This document shows positions 1 through 11,339 of a stretch of 64,000 bases of DNA, piece after piece. How positions within the stretch are numbered: position 1 is the stretch's first letter; each line of letters begins with the position of its first letter. The notes below the pieces were generated by a model. That model saw only the letters and a list, made by a program, of their open reading frames with translations, did not search any database and had not been told where the DNA came from. Source of the stretch: Octopus sinensis (Eukaryota); the NCBI RefSeq assembly GCF_006345805.1, contig NC_043016.1:16306001-16370000 (forward strand), written 5' to 3'. A program made the position numbers and the translations under genes.

Positions 1-39
1 CACATACACACCACACACACACACACACAACACACACAC
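1..39. repeat. (CA)n microsatellite
   Basis: Direct reading of CA/CAC repeats at the window start. Confidence 0.9.
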
Positions 40-584
40 AGAATCTTTTCTGTTTGTTGCCAATTTCTTCAATTTTTGTTCCAATTGATTTCAGATTTGA
101 TATGTTGATGTAGTTTTGTATAATAATCATTGACATGACATTCATTTTCGCAATAAACCAATAAATAAAGAGTTGATAGCTTTCAAGTTTGCAAATTTTG
201 GGTAATTTTAGTCAATGGAAAGACACAAGCATATAGGTGCCTGTATCTATAGTAACAAGCCAAGCTATTACGGAAATGCTTACACACGTGGTCATTTTTG
301 CTTACTAAATGCTTAAAACAAAGGTAGTACTGAGATGTGCTAAAATAATAGCTAAATGACGTACGAAAAATTTTTTGCATAATCGTATGAATTTCTGTGT
401 GTTCAATATAAATTCGTAAAAATTTTCTAAAAATTCCCCAAAATAAAAAAAAGGTATAAAGTAAAATTCTGCCAATATTTCATTTGTTTACAGTTAATTT
501 TCTGTCATGCAGAAAATTACAGCTTCCTCATCCTGTTTTCTGACTGGGTAAAAATGATCAAACTTTAAATTTCTAACTTAAAAA

Positions 585-3390
585 AAAAAAAATGTTCTGG
601 AAAAAGACAACACGAATATATACAAAGAAGTGAACTTAGAAGCAAGAGGAATAGCTAACGATCTTAAGATTAGCGATAGGATTGAATACCTTTCACCACG
701 ACCAGCTTTTATTACTCTGAAAGACCATAAAGACAATTTTAGTAGAAACCCCAAATGTAGATTGATAAATCCGGCTAAAACTGAGATAGGAATTATTAGC
801 AAAAATATTTTGGACCGTATTTTAGTTAAGTTAGATAGTGAAGTAGACTTGAGAATTTGGAAGAATAGTAAGTCAGTTATAGAGTGGTTTAAAAGTATTA
901 GCTATAAGAATAATTGTAGTTTCACACAATTCGACATTTTTGACTTTTACCCGTCGATATCTAGGACGTTGCTCCTAAGGGCATTGGACTTCGCCAAGCA
1001 GTATGTCAACATCGATAGCTCGGAAATTGAAATTATTATGCATGCGAGGAAATCGCTTCTGTTTTTCGAGGATTCCACCTGGATTAAGAAGACTGAGGAT
1101 TCTCTTTTCGATGTACCGATGGGGGCATACGACGGGCTGAATTATGTATGCTCATAGGAGCCTTTATTCTCCATAATCTAAAATAGAATCCCCATTTATA
1201 GATGCAGGTCTATATAGGGATGACGGCCTTATAGCCACGCATAATCTAAACGGCCATGAATCAGATAGACTTAGGAAGGACCTTATAGCTTTCTTTCAAA
1301 GGATGGGCTTACGGATTACGATAGATGCTAACCTGAATAGTGTAGATTTTTTGACGTAAATTTTAATGTAAGATCGGATAGATTTAAACCTTTCCGTAAG
1401 CCCAATGAAAAGCTATCGTATATTAGCAAAGATTCGAACCTATCCACCAGTTATCCTTAGCAACTTAGTCAGCATGTAGGTAGAAGAATATCTTCAATTT
1501 CTTCGGACGAGGCAGCATTCCATAATGCTGCACCTTATTACGATAGCGCATTAAAGAATAGTGGATTCTCGGAGAAGATCCAGTTCAACCAGCTTAATGC
1601 TAATAATAATGCTGCCACGAAGAACTAGGACCAGGAAAGTTTTGGGTTCAACCCGGCTTTCAATTTGGCCGTAAAGACTAATATAGGTAAGAATTTTTGA
1701 GATTAGTCTCTAAGCATTTTAAGCAGGGTCATAAATTCTACAGAATATTTAATAGAAGAACCCTGAAGGTTAGCTATTCTTGTTGCAGAAATTTCGCCTC
1801 TTACATTAACCAACATAATAGGAAGCTAATTGAGATTAGACATGGTGCCGAGCCCATTAAGAAATGTAATTTCAAAAACGAAGCTCCTGTCCGTTAGAAG
1901 GAAATGTCTAGTGAAAGGAGTAGTTTATAGAGCCAAGGTGCAAGTGAAGGCTCATCGGAATACAAGACATACACAGGGGCTTCAGAAATTCATTTAAAAC
2001 AAGATTTTATTCTCATAAGAATTCTTTTAAATACCAGAGAGAGAATAGGAAGAAAACCAGCCTAGCAAAATATGTCTGGGAACTAAAAGAAAAGGAAGCC
2101 CCTCCTTTCAACGTGACATGGAGCATTCTGGACAGGGCGGCACCATACAGGCATGGAGCTTACAAATATAATTTCAAGTGCAGGCTTTGCTTATTAGAAA
2201 AAATGCACATCTTATTCAAAGACAATAATTCTTTGAATCAAAGAAGTGAGTTAATGAACTTATGTAGGCACACGGCTAAATTAAAATGTCGAATATAAAT
2301 ATACCATATGGATAGAGTATATATTTTGTATTGATTTTGATTTTGATTTTGACTCTTGAGCGCTACGACGGATCTATAGCAAAGTCTTATTGTTTCTACA
2401 TATATATTAGGAAAAACCTACAAACTTTGTTTTCATGTTATTGTATTGCATAGGTTACCTTGATTATTATATTACCTTGATTATTTATAAATGACCCAAA
2501 ATAGGATGTTATATTTTATTTTATATGTCTTTCGTATATATTTATTAATGCACCCATTTTTTAAGAAGCAATGATTTTTGTTTTTTTTAAAAAAAAGCAA
2601 TGTTGTCAAAATTAGAATGTTTATATAAGTATGTGTATAGCAAAGCATATGTATTTGAAGCAATGCGTATCGTGGTATGTGTAAGTGAAAGTATGCTTGT
2701 GCTTAAGCCACGCATACACACGACGGTATGTATATGTATCAATTCAAACTTGTGTATGTATACTGGCCTCTATAGATGCCAATAACATCGCTACAAGTTT
2801 TTTTCCCCACCCCTCATTCGTTCCTTTTTCTCTCTTTCCCTTTCTTTCGTTCCCCCTCCTTGCTCAGTAATGAGAATTGCTACATAGATGAATTTAGCTT
2901 GCGTGCGAGAAGTTTGCGTGAATATATGTACACATGCTTTTATGTGTATAATTTAGATTCATATTCATACGTCTGTATATGTATGTATGGCGTTTACGCG
3001 CATCCTTTTGTGTATGTTGATATATATATGTGGATTTTAATATAAATATGTATTGCAGTATTTATAACAGGTTTAATTTCTATGCTCAATTTGTACTGTC
3101 TCATTAACGGCAATAGGTTTTTTCCCTCGGATTTTATAATTTTTAAATTTTTATAAGTTTTTTTATATATATATACATATATTTTTGACCTTTTTGTTTA
3201 TCGCTCGAAGATTGACCGTTTTTTCTAAAGGGCCAATCAAACAAGTCCATTTCTTTTTAAAGGTGTAGCGTTTGTAAGAGTATAGATTGAATTAATATAT
3301 AAGTTCCATTCTAGCAAAAACTGTCTGATGAACGGCAACGAGAAACTCAGAGTAACAGATTTTGTTGAATTTTCTGCTGCTTAAAATAAA
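585..3390 (+). mobile_element. Penelope-like element (RT plus C-terminal GIY-YIG endonuclease), frameshifted, possibly Hydra-clade; long 3' region ending in (TA)n
   Basis: ORF 630-1157 has AFITLKDHKDNF..NPKCRLINPAKTEIG, FDIFDFYPSI and VPMGAYDG. GLYRDDGL reads at 1207-1230. ORF 1697-1897 has IFNRRTLKVSYSC. GIY-YIG-like VVYRAKV and YTGASE..FKTRFYSHKNSF lie near 1920-2025. ORF 2113-2298 has CRLCLLEK..LNQRSELMNLCRH. A hammerhead sits at 3321-3358. The clade assignment is from memory of these motifs. Confidence 0.85.
3321..3358 (+). ncRNA. Minimal type I hammerhead ribozyme motif in the PLE terminal repeat
   Basis: ctgt CTGATGA a-cg-gcaa-cg-a GAAAC tcaga GTA acag. Stem I is ctgt/acag, both core boxes are intact, stem III is near-palindromic (actcagagt), and the cleavage triplet is GUA. 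The base of stem II is an A.A mismatch. Confidence 0.7.
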
Positions 3391-3400
3391 GTATATATAT

Positions 3401-3451
<51 letters not shown>

Positions 3452-3473
3452 CACACACACACACACGTACGTG

Positions 3474-3525
3474 ATCCAGTATGGCCGCAGTCAAATGACT
3501 GAAACAAGTAAAAGAATTAAAAGAA
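3474..3525 (+). mobile_element. 3' tail fragment of tRNA-SINE type 1 (family of 28739-29140)
   Basis: tccagtatggccgcagtcaaatgactgaaacaagtaaaag matches 29091-29132. Confidence 0.8.
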
Positions 3526-3782
3526 TGTGTGTGTGTATGTATTTGTGTAACATGATAGAAGTTTTTTCAAATCATTAACGTCATACTTTGGTTTTTAACT
3601 AAAACGCAAGTGGCCACTGAGCTAAGAAGAAAGCGTAGTTTTAGATTGTTAATAGTTTAAAACTACGCAACTTTCCTAAAGAGCAAAAATTACAGATCGC
3701 ATCCCGAAATTAATAGTCATGTTTTGCAACTTCGCGAGTGCGAAACCCTGTAATCAGAGGTGGTCGCAACGCACCCGTACTC

Positions 3783-3936
3783 ATGTATGTATGTATGTAT
3801 GTATGTATGTATGTATGTATGTATGTATGTATGTATGTATGTATGTATGTATGTATGTATGTATGTATGTATGTATGTATGTGTGTGTGTATGTATGTAT
3901 GTATGTATGTATGTATGTATGTGTGTGTCTATCTAT

Positions 3937-3970
<34 letters not shown>

Positions 3971-4156
3971 GCCATCTATCTATCTATTATCTATCGATCT
4001 ATTTTCTATCTATTTATCTACCTACTTACCTGCCTGCCCTACCTACCTAACTACCTACCTATCTACCTACCCACCCCACCCACCTACCTCCTACCTACCT
4101 ACCTACCTATCTATCTATCTATCTCTCTCTATCTATCTATCTATCTATCTCTCTAC

Positions 4157-4191
<35 letters not shown>

Positions 4192-4229
4192 ACTATCTAT
4201 CTATCTTATCTATCTATCTATCTATCTAC

Positions 4230-4284
<55 letters not shown>

Positions 4285-4285
4285 G
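3783..4285. repeat. Compound tetranucleotide microsatellite (TATG)n-(TATC)n-(TACC)n-(TATC)n
   Basis: Direct reading. It generates the spurious MYVC/YLSI ORFs. Confidence 0.95.
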
Positions 4286-4296
4286 TCTTGATCGAT

Positions 4297-4475
4297 ATCC
4301 ATTACGTCCAATCTTACCAATCGGCTTCGTACAAGGGGTCCAACGAGGTGTTAGATAACAGCCCGATTATGTAACCGTGTTGTCTGAAGAGTGCATGGTT
4401 ACATAATCGGACTGTTACCTAACACATTGTTGAATCCTAGTGCGAAACCGATTGGTAAGATCGGCTGTAATAGAT
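4297..4475. mobile_element. Foldback/MITE-like element, almost entirely inverted repeat
   Basis: Arm 4297-4379 is the reverse complement of 4394-4475 at roughly 80 percent identity (e.g. atcttaccaatcgg / ccgattggtaagat; ccgattatgtaacc / ggttacataatcgg). Loop of 14 nt, TA-rich flanks. Confidence 0.7.
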
Positions 4476-4582
4476 ATATAATACAGTGCACTTCGATAAA
4501 ATACCCACTGTATTGACAAATATACCTACTCCTCGGCAGTTATTATTAGAGAGTCAACGCAATTTCCCGCCTTTACGATAAA

Positions 4583-4609
4583 TACGTATATATATATATA
4601 TATATAATA

Positions 4610-4677
<68 letters not shown>

Positions 4678-4682
4678 ATATA
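4583..4682. repeat. (TA)n microsatellite
   Basis: Direct reading. Confidence 0.9.
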
Positions 4683-4951
4683 CAACTCTGAGTTAAGTCG
4701 TGGTGCAACCATGATGTTCTGGTTATCTGATGAGCTATCTTCTATATTTGCATTACAATTTTATTGTATGACGTTGAGTATGTATATACGGTACACAAGT
4801 AAGTATAATCTATTCCACATTGCAATTAATACCACACGAAATTTATGCAACGCCCGTAATCCAAAGGATTCAAATGGTTAATAAGTATATATTCACTTCT
4901 CATACTTCCTTATTTTTATAGCTTATATATATTGTGTGTGTGCGCGAGTGC

Positions 4952-5090
4952 ATGACTGGCTTCTTTCGGTTTCCGTCGACCAAATCCACTCACGGGGCTA
5001 TAATAGAAAACACTTGCTCAAGATTCCTCACAGTGGCACTGAACCAAAGGCCATATGGTTGGAAAGCACAAGACCATGTCTGCGCCTACA
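4952..5090 (-). mobile_element. tRNA-SINE type 1, head/central fragment
   Basis: ggcttctttcggtttccgtcgaccaaatccactcac and acacttgctcaag match the reverse complement of 28800-28895. Confidence 0.7.
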
Positions 5091-5686
5091 CCACATATTT
5101 ACGACGATTTATTTTTATACTGCGTTTTTTAACGCCATGTTTTCTGGTGCGTGAGATTCACTGAGGTATGGAAACAACACCCACTTTTCTTTTGCAAAAA
5201 TATTTCGTTTGGAATGTTTTTTAGTGGAATGTAATTTTTTACAGAATATAATTTTTATTGCGGTAACAAACTTGTCGAATTAACTGCAGAAGATATTTTA
5301 AGAGAATTTTTATCGTCATTACAAATATTTTGATCATTAAAATTTAGTGAATGAGCTGGTTATGTTAAAGATTGCCTCTAATCTTCTTCTTATATAATAA
5401 AACGCAAAGTATGTTGCTGTCAATTACGCTGTAGGCAAAGAAGAGTAAAATAACAGGTGAAGTGGGAGTGTGTGGCAGTGAGAGGAGATTCTAAAGCAGG
5501 CGGATAACATTTAAAGGCTTTGCTCTGAAGACGCGTTCGGGAAAGAAGAGTAAAACAGATGGAGAGTCAAACAGAGGCGGCTAACTGCAGGCCAACTGTT
5601 GTGAGCTCAGAATTTGCCTGTATTTTATTGAAAAAGAAATTAAATTTTTATCGTAAATTATATTTATCAGTTTCACACACACACAC

Positions 5687-7043
5687 GGGTGTTATACCTG
5701 CGGACTGGAGAACAGCGATAATCTGCCCAATTTTCAAGAAAGGGAGCCGCGAAGACCCGCTTAACTACCGACCGGTTTCCTTTCTTACTTCAATAATCAG
5801 CAAATGTTCGAAACCATCCTTAAAAAGTATGATGCTCCACCTCCAAAACACAGCCTCTATCTCTGATTCCCAACACACTTCGTGCCGAAGAGATCATGCT
5901 TGACCAACTTACTGGTAATGGAAGAATTGGTGACGCGTATCCTCGATGATGGTGATGCTGTTGACATCGTTTTATTGGACTTTGCCAAAGCTTTTGACTC
6001 GGTAAACCACCGCCTATTACTTGTCAAGCTTCAAGCATATAGTTTCCATCCGGATATTGTACGATGGGTTGGTGCCTTCCTCTCAGATCGCTCCTTCCAA
6101 GTCCAAGTTAATGGTTCACGGTCCGACGTCTCCAGTGCGAGCAGTGGCGTGCCTCAAGGTTCAGTGCTTGGGCCCTTATTGTTCTTAGTCTTCATAGATG
6201 ACTTGCCTGATGACCTCACGCAACACACCCTTCTATTTGCCGATGATGTCAAACTGGTCGCTCCTCGTGGTGATATAGAGGATCTTCGTCGATGCCTCCA
6301 CCAAGTTTGGAGATGGTCTAACGAATGGGACCTGTGTCTGAACGTGTCAAAGTGCTGTCATCTGCCTGTTGGCTCTTCTCCTGCAACTCAACTTGATTTC
6401 GAGCCGGGTCGTCTGCTGCTGGAGAGGACCGACCAGGTAAAGGACCTGGGTATCTTGATGGATTCTTCGGTATGCTCACAGCGGCCATATTCCTACCGCT
6501 TCATGTCACGCTGGTGAGACCCATATTGGAGTACGGGATTCAAGCCTCTTCTCCTTATCTCCCCAAAGACATACATCATCTCGAAAGAGTCCAGAAGCTG
6601 GCTACCCGCATGGTTCTTGGTCTCAAACATTTGTCTAATGAAGAAAGGCTGAAGACGCTCGACCTTTATTCTCTAGAAAAACGACGACGCCGTGGTGATC
6701 TCATTCTTGCTCACAACATCATAAGCGGAAAGTGTAACCTCTCGAAAGAACTGTTCTTCACTCCTGCTCCAGAGCGGCTGCGGGGTCACTCCGAAAAGCT
6801 CTATCTGCGACGATTTCATCTCAATCGAAGGAGAGGGGCTTTCTCCTCCGTCCGTTGCGGATCCTGGGATAAGCTGTCCGACGAGATAGTGAAGATGCCG
6901 ACGACCGCTCGGTTCAAAGTCTCCCTTGACCAGAAATGGCCTGAACTCTTTGCATGGACACCACCCTGTACATAACTCCATGTCCCCCTACATGGCCTTG
7001 CTTTTTGCTTTTTGAGCCAAAAAATTAACTTAACTTAACTTAA
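5687..7043 (+). mobile_element. CR1-clade LINE, 5'-truncated, RT region with frameshifts and 3' tail (AACTT)n
   Basis: ORFs 5559-5903 (NYRPVS), 5882-6517 (SCLTNLL, LDFAKAFDSVNH, SGVPQGSVLGPLLF, LFADDVKL, LNVSKC) and 6472-6975 (VRPILEYG, LERVQKLATR, LYSLEKRRRRGDLI). The tail ttaacttaacttaacttaac lies at ~7024-7043. Confidence 0.92.
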
Positions 7044-7461
7044 CATACACACATACATACAGAGGATCTATCTGTCTGACTGTCTGTCTGTCTCTCTCTC
7101 ACACACACAAAGAGGCATATGTGTTACATACAATAAAATGGTTTCATCGATGTAAAATATGTAAAGAAACATACGTTCGTACACATGCATTCACACACGC
7201 ATATGTATGCATATATTCATAAATGTACATACAAAGGTATGCGTATGTATGAGGGTATATATATATTCAAAATGACTGGCGATTAGCATCACACTTGAAA
7301 CTCAAGAGTACCAACGAATTTGAATCAAAACTGTTTTGATCTATATATGCATGTATATATATGTGTATATATAAAGAGAGAGAGAGGGGAGAGAGAGAGA
7401 GAGAGGGAACGAAAAAGAGAAAGATGCGTGAGTGTATGCCTATATGTATGGACGTATGTAC

Positions 7462-7505
<44 letters not shown>

Positions 7506-7817
7506 TTGTATGTACTTATATGTGCACACATGTACACACACACACACACATACATTATGTGGGTGATATTTTCAACTGAGACATTACAATTGTATCTGAT
7601 TCTTCAAGTGCTTCAATTCTGTGTATGAACATATATTTACTAGATTGCTGACATTTATTAATGGTTCCCTCCATTTTGTTGGTGTGTCATTTTCTATCAT
7701 TAATAAAACTGTCGGCATCTTTGCCGACACGTGTATACTGGTAGTTATATAATGAATTATAATAACTATTCTTCGTAATTGTTGGCACAGCGTCTGTAAT
7801 TTTGAGTGGAGGGCAGT

Positions 7818-8250
7818 TATTGACTCCAGTGGTCAACGAGTAGGTATTTTATCAACCCCGAGAAGATAAGAGACAAAGTCAACTTTGGCGGAAATTGAAC
7901 TCGGAATGTGAGGAACCAAATAATAATAATCCTTTTTACAAAGAAAGCAATTGCTGAAATTTTTGGTAGGAAGAAGCTAGTCGACTACATGAACACCAGT
8001 GCTCAACTAGTAGCTTATTGTATCGATCCCGAAAGAATGACAGGCCAAGTCAGCCTCAGCAGTATTTGAATTCGAAACATATTAACCTACACCATAACGA
8101 TTCTGCCAGCTTGCCATCTTCAATCCTTTCGTGGGAAAGAGCTAGTCGTTTACATCGACCCCAATGTTTAACTGGTGCTTATTTTACCGATCTTGAAAAG
8201 ATGAAAGGCAAAGTCGACCATGGCCGATTTGAACACAAAACGTAAAGAGC
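7818..8250 (-). mobile_element. Three tandem degenerate fragments of tRNA-SINE type 2 (Deu/Nin-like central domain)
   Basis: Repeated variants of ctggtacttattttatcgaccccgaaaggatgaaaggcaaagtcgacctcggcggaatttgaactc at ~7840-7905, ~8005-8075 and ~8170-8235, matching the reverse complement of 60690-60760. Confidence 0.7.
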
Positions 8251-8551
8251 CAAATAATGATGGACTCTCCCGTCGAAGACGACCTATGTATGTTCAGCTT
8301 TCGCCGAACGACCTGCACAAATGATTTGTTTATGGTGATCAAATGTATGCGTTGTATATAAAGCTTATTCTCTCTCCATAAAAATCCGGACAGGTGCATC
8401 GTGTACCACGCGTTAGGTGCCGAAGAGATCGCAAAGCAACCTGAGCTGGGGTGTTTTGCTACAGAACATAACACAGAGCCCGGTCTGGGAATTGAAACCG
8501 CAATCTCGCGATCGTGAGTGCAACACCTTAACCACTAAGCTATGCGTCCTC
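8250..8551 (-). mobile_element. tRNA-derived SINE type 3
   Basis: The minus strand starts gaggacgcaTAGCTTAGTGGttaaggtgttgcactcacgatcgcgagattgcGGTTTCAATTCCC (A and B boxes). A fragment of its tail recurs at ~9895-9990. Confidence 0.75.
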
Positions 8552-8577
8552 AAGCCCCCCCCCCCAATAATAATAAT

Positions 8578-9135
8578 AAATGCCCTGATGCAGTACCAGG
8601 CAGTGGCTCTCATGGCTTCTGATCTTAACTGATTGGAAGTGTTATCATGTACATTGTTTTGTCTTGGTATAAAAGATGGGCTACAGCAAATATTCTGCTC
8701 AATACCACAGATTTGCTTGTCAGTTGTTTGACCTTAACCAGTTGAGCATGTCCCTTAGTGGCTGACGATATGTGCATCTCTGATCACGAGCAGAAGTAGT
8801 GGGGAAGCATCATAGCCATGTGTTGAGAGGGATTCTTTGGGGTTTGAATAATTCACCTCTGGAAACATGGGTGGTTCTTTCAACATCCTTAAACAACCCT
8901 TATTCAGGAACCGCTTGAGCGGGATGGGCTACTCAACCTGAAGAAAATTCTAAGCGGGCCCCACCTGCAAGGTCATGTGCTGTTTATCTTGATATGAGAT
9001 CACCATGTCGCGCACATATGGTTGTGATGCATGTGCCTGGTATACCCTTATCAGACGGGTAGTCATGATGGGTATATTGGGCTTCGTATATTTTACCCCA
9101 GTGTCACTTTGATGGCATGAACTGCTCTCTCACTC
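8578..9135 (+). mobile_element. ~560-bp non-coding interspersed element X, copy 1 (full length)
   Basis: aaatgccctgatgcagtacc ... gcatgaactgctctctcactc. Preceded by (AAT)4, followed by (AAT)n at 9136-9194. Near-identical to six other copies in the window. Confidence 0.9.
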
Positions 9136-9196
<61 letters not shown>

Positions 9197-9339
9197 GATG
9201 AGCTAGCGATACCAATGGGGGAGGTTATGAAGCAGATAGAAGAGACGGGCTATAAGTAGTTGGGGATTTTGCAAATGGATGGTGACAATAGGATCCATGT
9301 AAGAGAAAAATAAAAAAATAAACAACTACAACGATTTAA

Positions 9340-9640
9340 AGTGAGAAATAGGAACGCTGAGGTGAATGAAGAAAGTAGACCAAGTGCACCAATAGTAATT
9401 GGTGCACTTAGAAATAATATCAGCACTCAACTAACAACTTGGTTAAAAATAAAGACTGCTGCATGCGTGAAGGTAGAACACCCCACGAAAATCCGCATTG
9501 GTTGGAACTGCAAGAATTCTCTGCAGGGTTCTTGAAGCATGACCAGTAAACAAGAGTCACCTTAGTCTGCTGGCTGTGGACAGCTGACCACTTTCCATCA
9601 TACCCAACAAAATAAGCTGTAAGTTTTCATTACATAATAC
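9340..9640 (+). mobile_element. R4/Dong-like retrotransposon 3' end (family B)
   Basis: APIVIGAL and LVGTARILCRVLEA* RLE C-terminus. 3' UTR ccagtaaacaagagtcaccttagtctgctggctgtggacagctgac is shared with 28067-28160 and 60060-60145. Confidence 0.75.
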
Positions 9641-9650
9641 TATTAATAAT

Positions 9651-9856
9651 TATTTCAAATTTTGCCACAAGGGCAGCAATTATGGGAAGGGGATGAATCG
9701 ATTACATTGACCCAGTATATGACTGGTACTTATTTTATCAATCCCAAAAGGATGAAAAGCAAAGTTGACCTCAGCGGAGTTTGAACTCAGAACAGAACGG
9801 AGCGACGAGCGAAATACCGCTATGCATTTGGTCTAACGATCCTTCCAGCTCGCCAC
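9651..9856 (-). mobile_element. tRNA-SINE type 2, near complete
   Basis: Head ggtggcgagctgg, B-box gagttcaaactcc, Deu-like cttttcatccttttgggattgataaaataagtaccag, 3' end gcccttgtggcaaaatt. Confidence 0.8.
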
Positions 9857-9989
9857 CATAATAATAAGGATAGGACAAAATGCCGCTAAACAGTTTGCCC
9901 GTATTAACAATAATGGACTTTCCCGTCGAAGACAACGTATAATTGTTCAAATTTTGCCGAACGAACTGCACAAATGATTTGTTTACCGT

Positions 9990-10569
9990 GCTGCACATTA
10001 TCTCATTCCCTCCATCAAATCAATGGTTGCTCCATCCTTCTGTCCAATTGCTGGTTCTTGCACAAGAATGTCTGTACATTCTCTTTGATATTGTCCCTCG
10101 GTAGTCCCCAGTTGCCTCCAGAAATGTCTTTTTTTAACATTGTGTATAAGTTTTTGTCAATGGGAATAATTTCTGTATCTGTGGGTCGTTCTATTTTGGG
10201 TGTTACGAAATTTGTTTCCTGTGTGCAGATGTGTTGTGGAGTAGATTTCTGTTGTTAATGTTTATTGCTGTGTTGTGTGTGGAACTTAGTATCTTTTTTG
10301 TTGTATTTGCAGTTGTTGTTGCTGATGAGGGTTTGCTGTGATGTTGATGCTGTTTGTGGGGGTAAGCTTGGTGGTGGTAGTGATGGTGATGGTGGATTAG
10401 ATGGTACTGTGGAGATTGGTATTGCTGTTGGTGTTGTGTAACCTATGCTTGTGATGTGCATTTTACCGAACCGCTAAGTTACGGGGACATAAACACACCA
10501 ACACCGGTTGTCAAGCGGGGGTGGGAGACAAACACAGACAAACACAGACACACACACCACACACACACA

Positions 10570-10608
<39 letters not shown>

Positions 10609-11320
10609 CAACAAGTTTCTTTCGGTTTCTGCCTAGCAAATCTACTCAAGATTTTGGTCAGCCTGAGGCTGTAGTAGAAGACACTTGCTCAAGGTACCTT
10701 GCAGTGGGACTGAACCCGGTTTACTTTTTCTTTCTTTTCTTTTTTTATTCACAGTTTTCCACTCCTCACTGCAATATTCCATTCAGCGGTGCCAATCGGG
10801 GTGAGGCATGTTTTCTACTTGTGGGGTTGTTACATGTGTTGGCGTTGATTCCAGTGTGTTAGATGGTGGTGAAGCTCCTGCTGCTGTTGCTGCTGCAGCT
10901 GTTGTTGACCTTGGCAGGGGTTTTGGTGCTATTGTGACCGCTGATGGCGCCTGTGTGGGTTTTGGTGGTTTGCTGAGGGCAGAAAAGTCTTCAAGTGCAT
11001 TTTTGCATTACATGTGTGGTACTTTAGCCTTCTGTCCTCTACGGTCACGTGGAGGTGGATATCTTTGAATTATGTTTGGATTAGAAGTTCCATCCCAGAT
11101 CCTGACCAATTTTCAGTCTTTATTTTCCCCACACGAATAATGGGCGGAGAAAACAGATGGCTGGATGAATGGATTATTCATTGGGATTCAAGACTCCTTC
11201 TCTTTAATGTGAACGTAATTTCAGTTTACTGAAAGGATTTTTCCATTAAATTTGTCAGCAACGATTCTGCTGTGTTTATGATAAACAGAACGACTAAATG
11301 GGTTTTTAAAAAAATCTTTG
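9990..11320 (-). pseudogene. Degenerate Tx1/L1-like ORF1 (gag-like) remnant, interrupted by a SINE
   Basis: The minus strand reads KTENWSGSGMELLIQ..HVTVEDRRLKYHTCNAKMHLK (decayed CCHC knuckle), then a long P/T/S/N-rich tract. It parallels 51380-52135. Many stops. Confidence 0.45.
10462..10720 (-). mobile_element. tRNA-SINE type 1 with internal (TG)n, head truncated
   Basis: Reverse complement of 28780-29010: ccgggttcagtcccactgc, gcaagtgtcttctac, cttgacaaccggtgttggtgtgtttatgtccccgtaacttagcgg. Confidence 0.85.
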
Positions 11321-11339
11321 AAAAAGAGTTTTGCAATAA

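Noticed and set aside
585-2298. Possibility that stops in the PLE ORF are selenocysteine UGA codons, as reported for some Naiad elements
   Set aside because: The domain order is RT then endonuclease (not the Naiad order), the breaks are mainly frameshifts, and I saw no SECIS.
3719-4358. Long ORFs in the supplied track such as MYVC/YLSI, poly-I/Y/L and poly-E/K/S (also 12463-12816, 40616-41538, 52067-52941)
   Set aside because: They are translations of microsatellites that lack stop codons in some frames, with no evidence of real genes.
4727-4760. CTGATGA box suggesting a hammerhead
   Set aside because: No downstream stem II plus GAAA.
5521-5560. CTGAAGA...GAAA suggesting a hammerhead
   Set aside because: Stem II and stem III do not pair.
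7710-7731. Small perfect hairpin tgtcggca-tctt-tgccgaca (and gcgtagtttta/taaaactacgc near 3633-3668)
   Set aside because: Short isolated inverted repeats with no supporting termini or second copies in the window.
8480-8551. tRNA-like sequence with A and B boxes
   Set aside because: It continues into a SINE body and lacks a proper acceptor stem, so it is a SINE head and not a tRNA gene. The same applies to 28739 and 60620.
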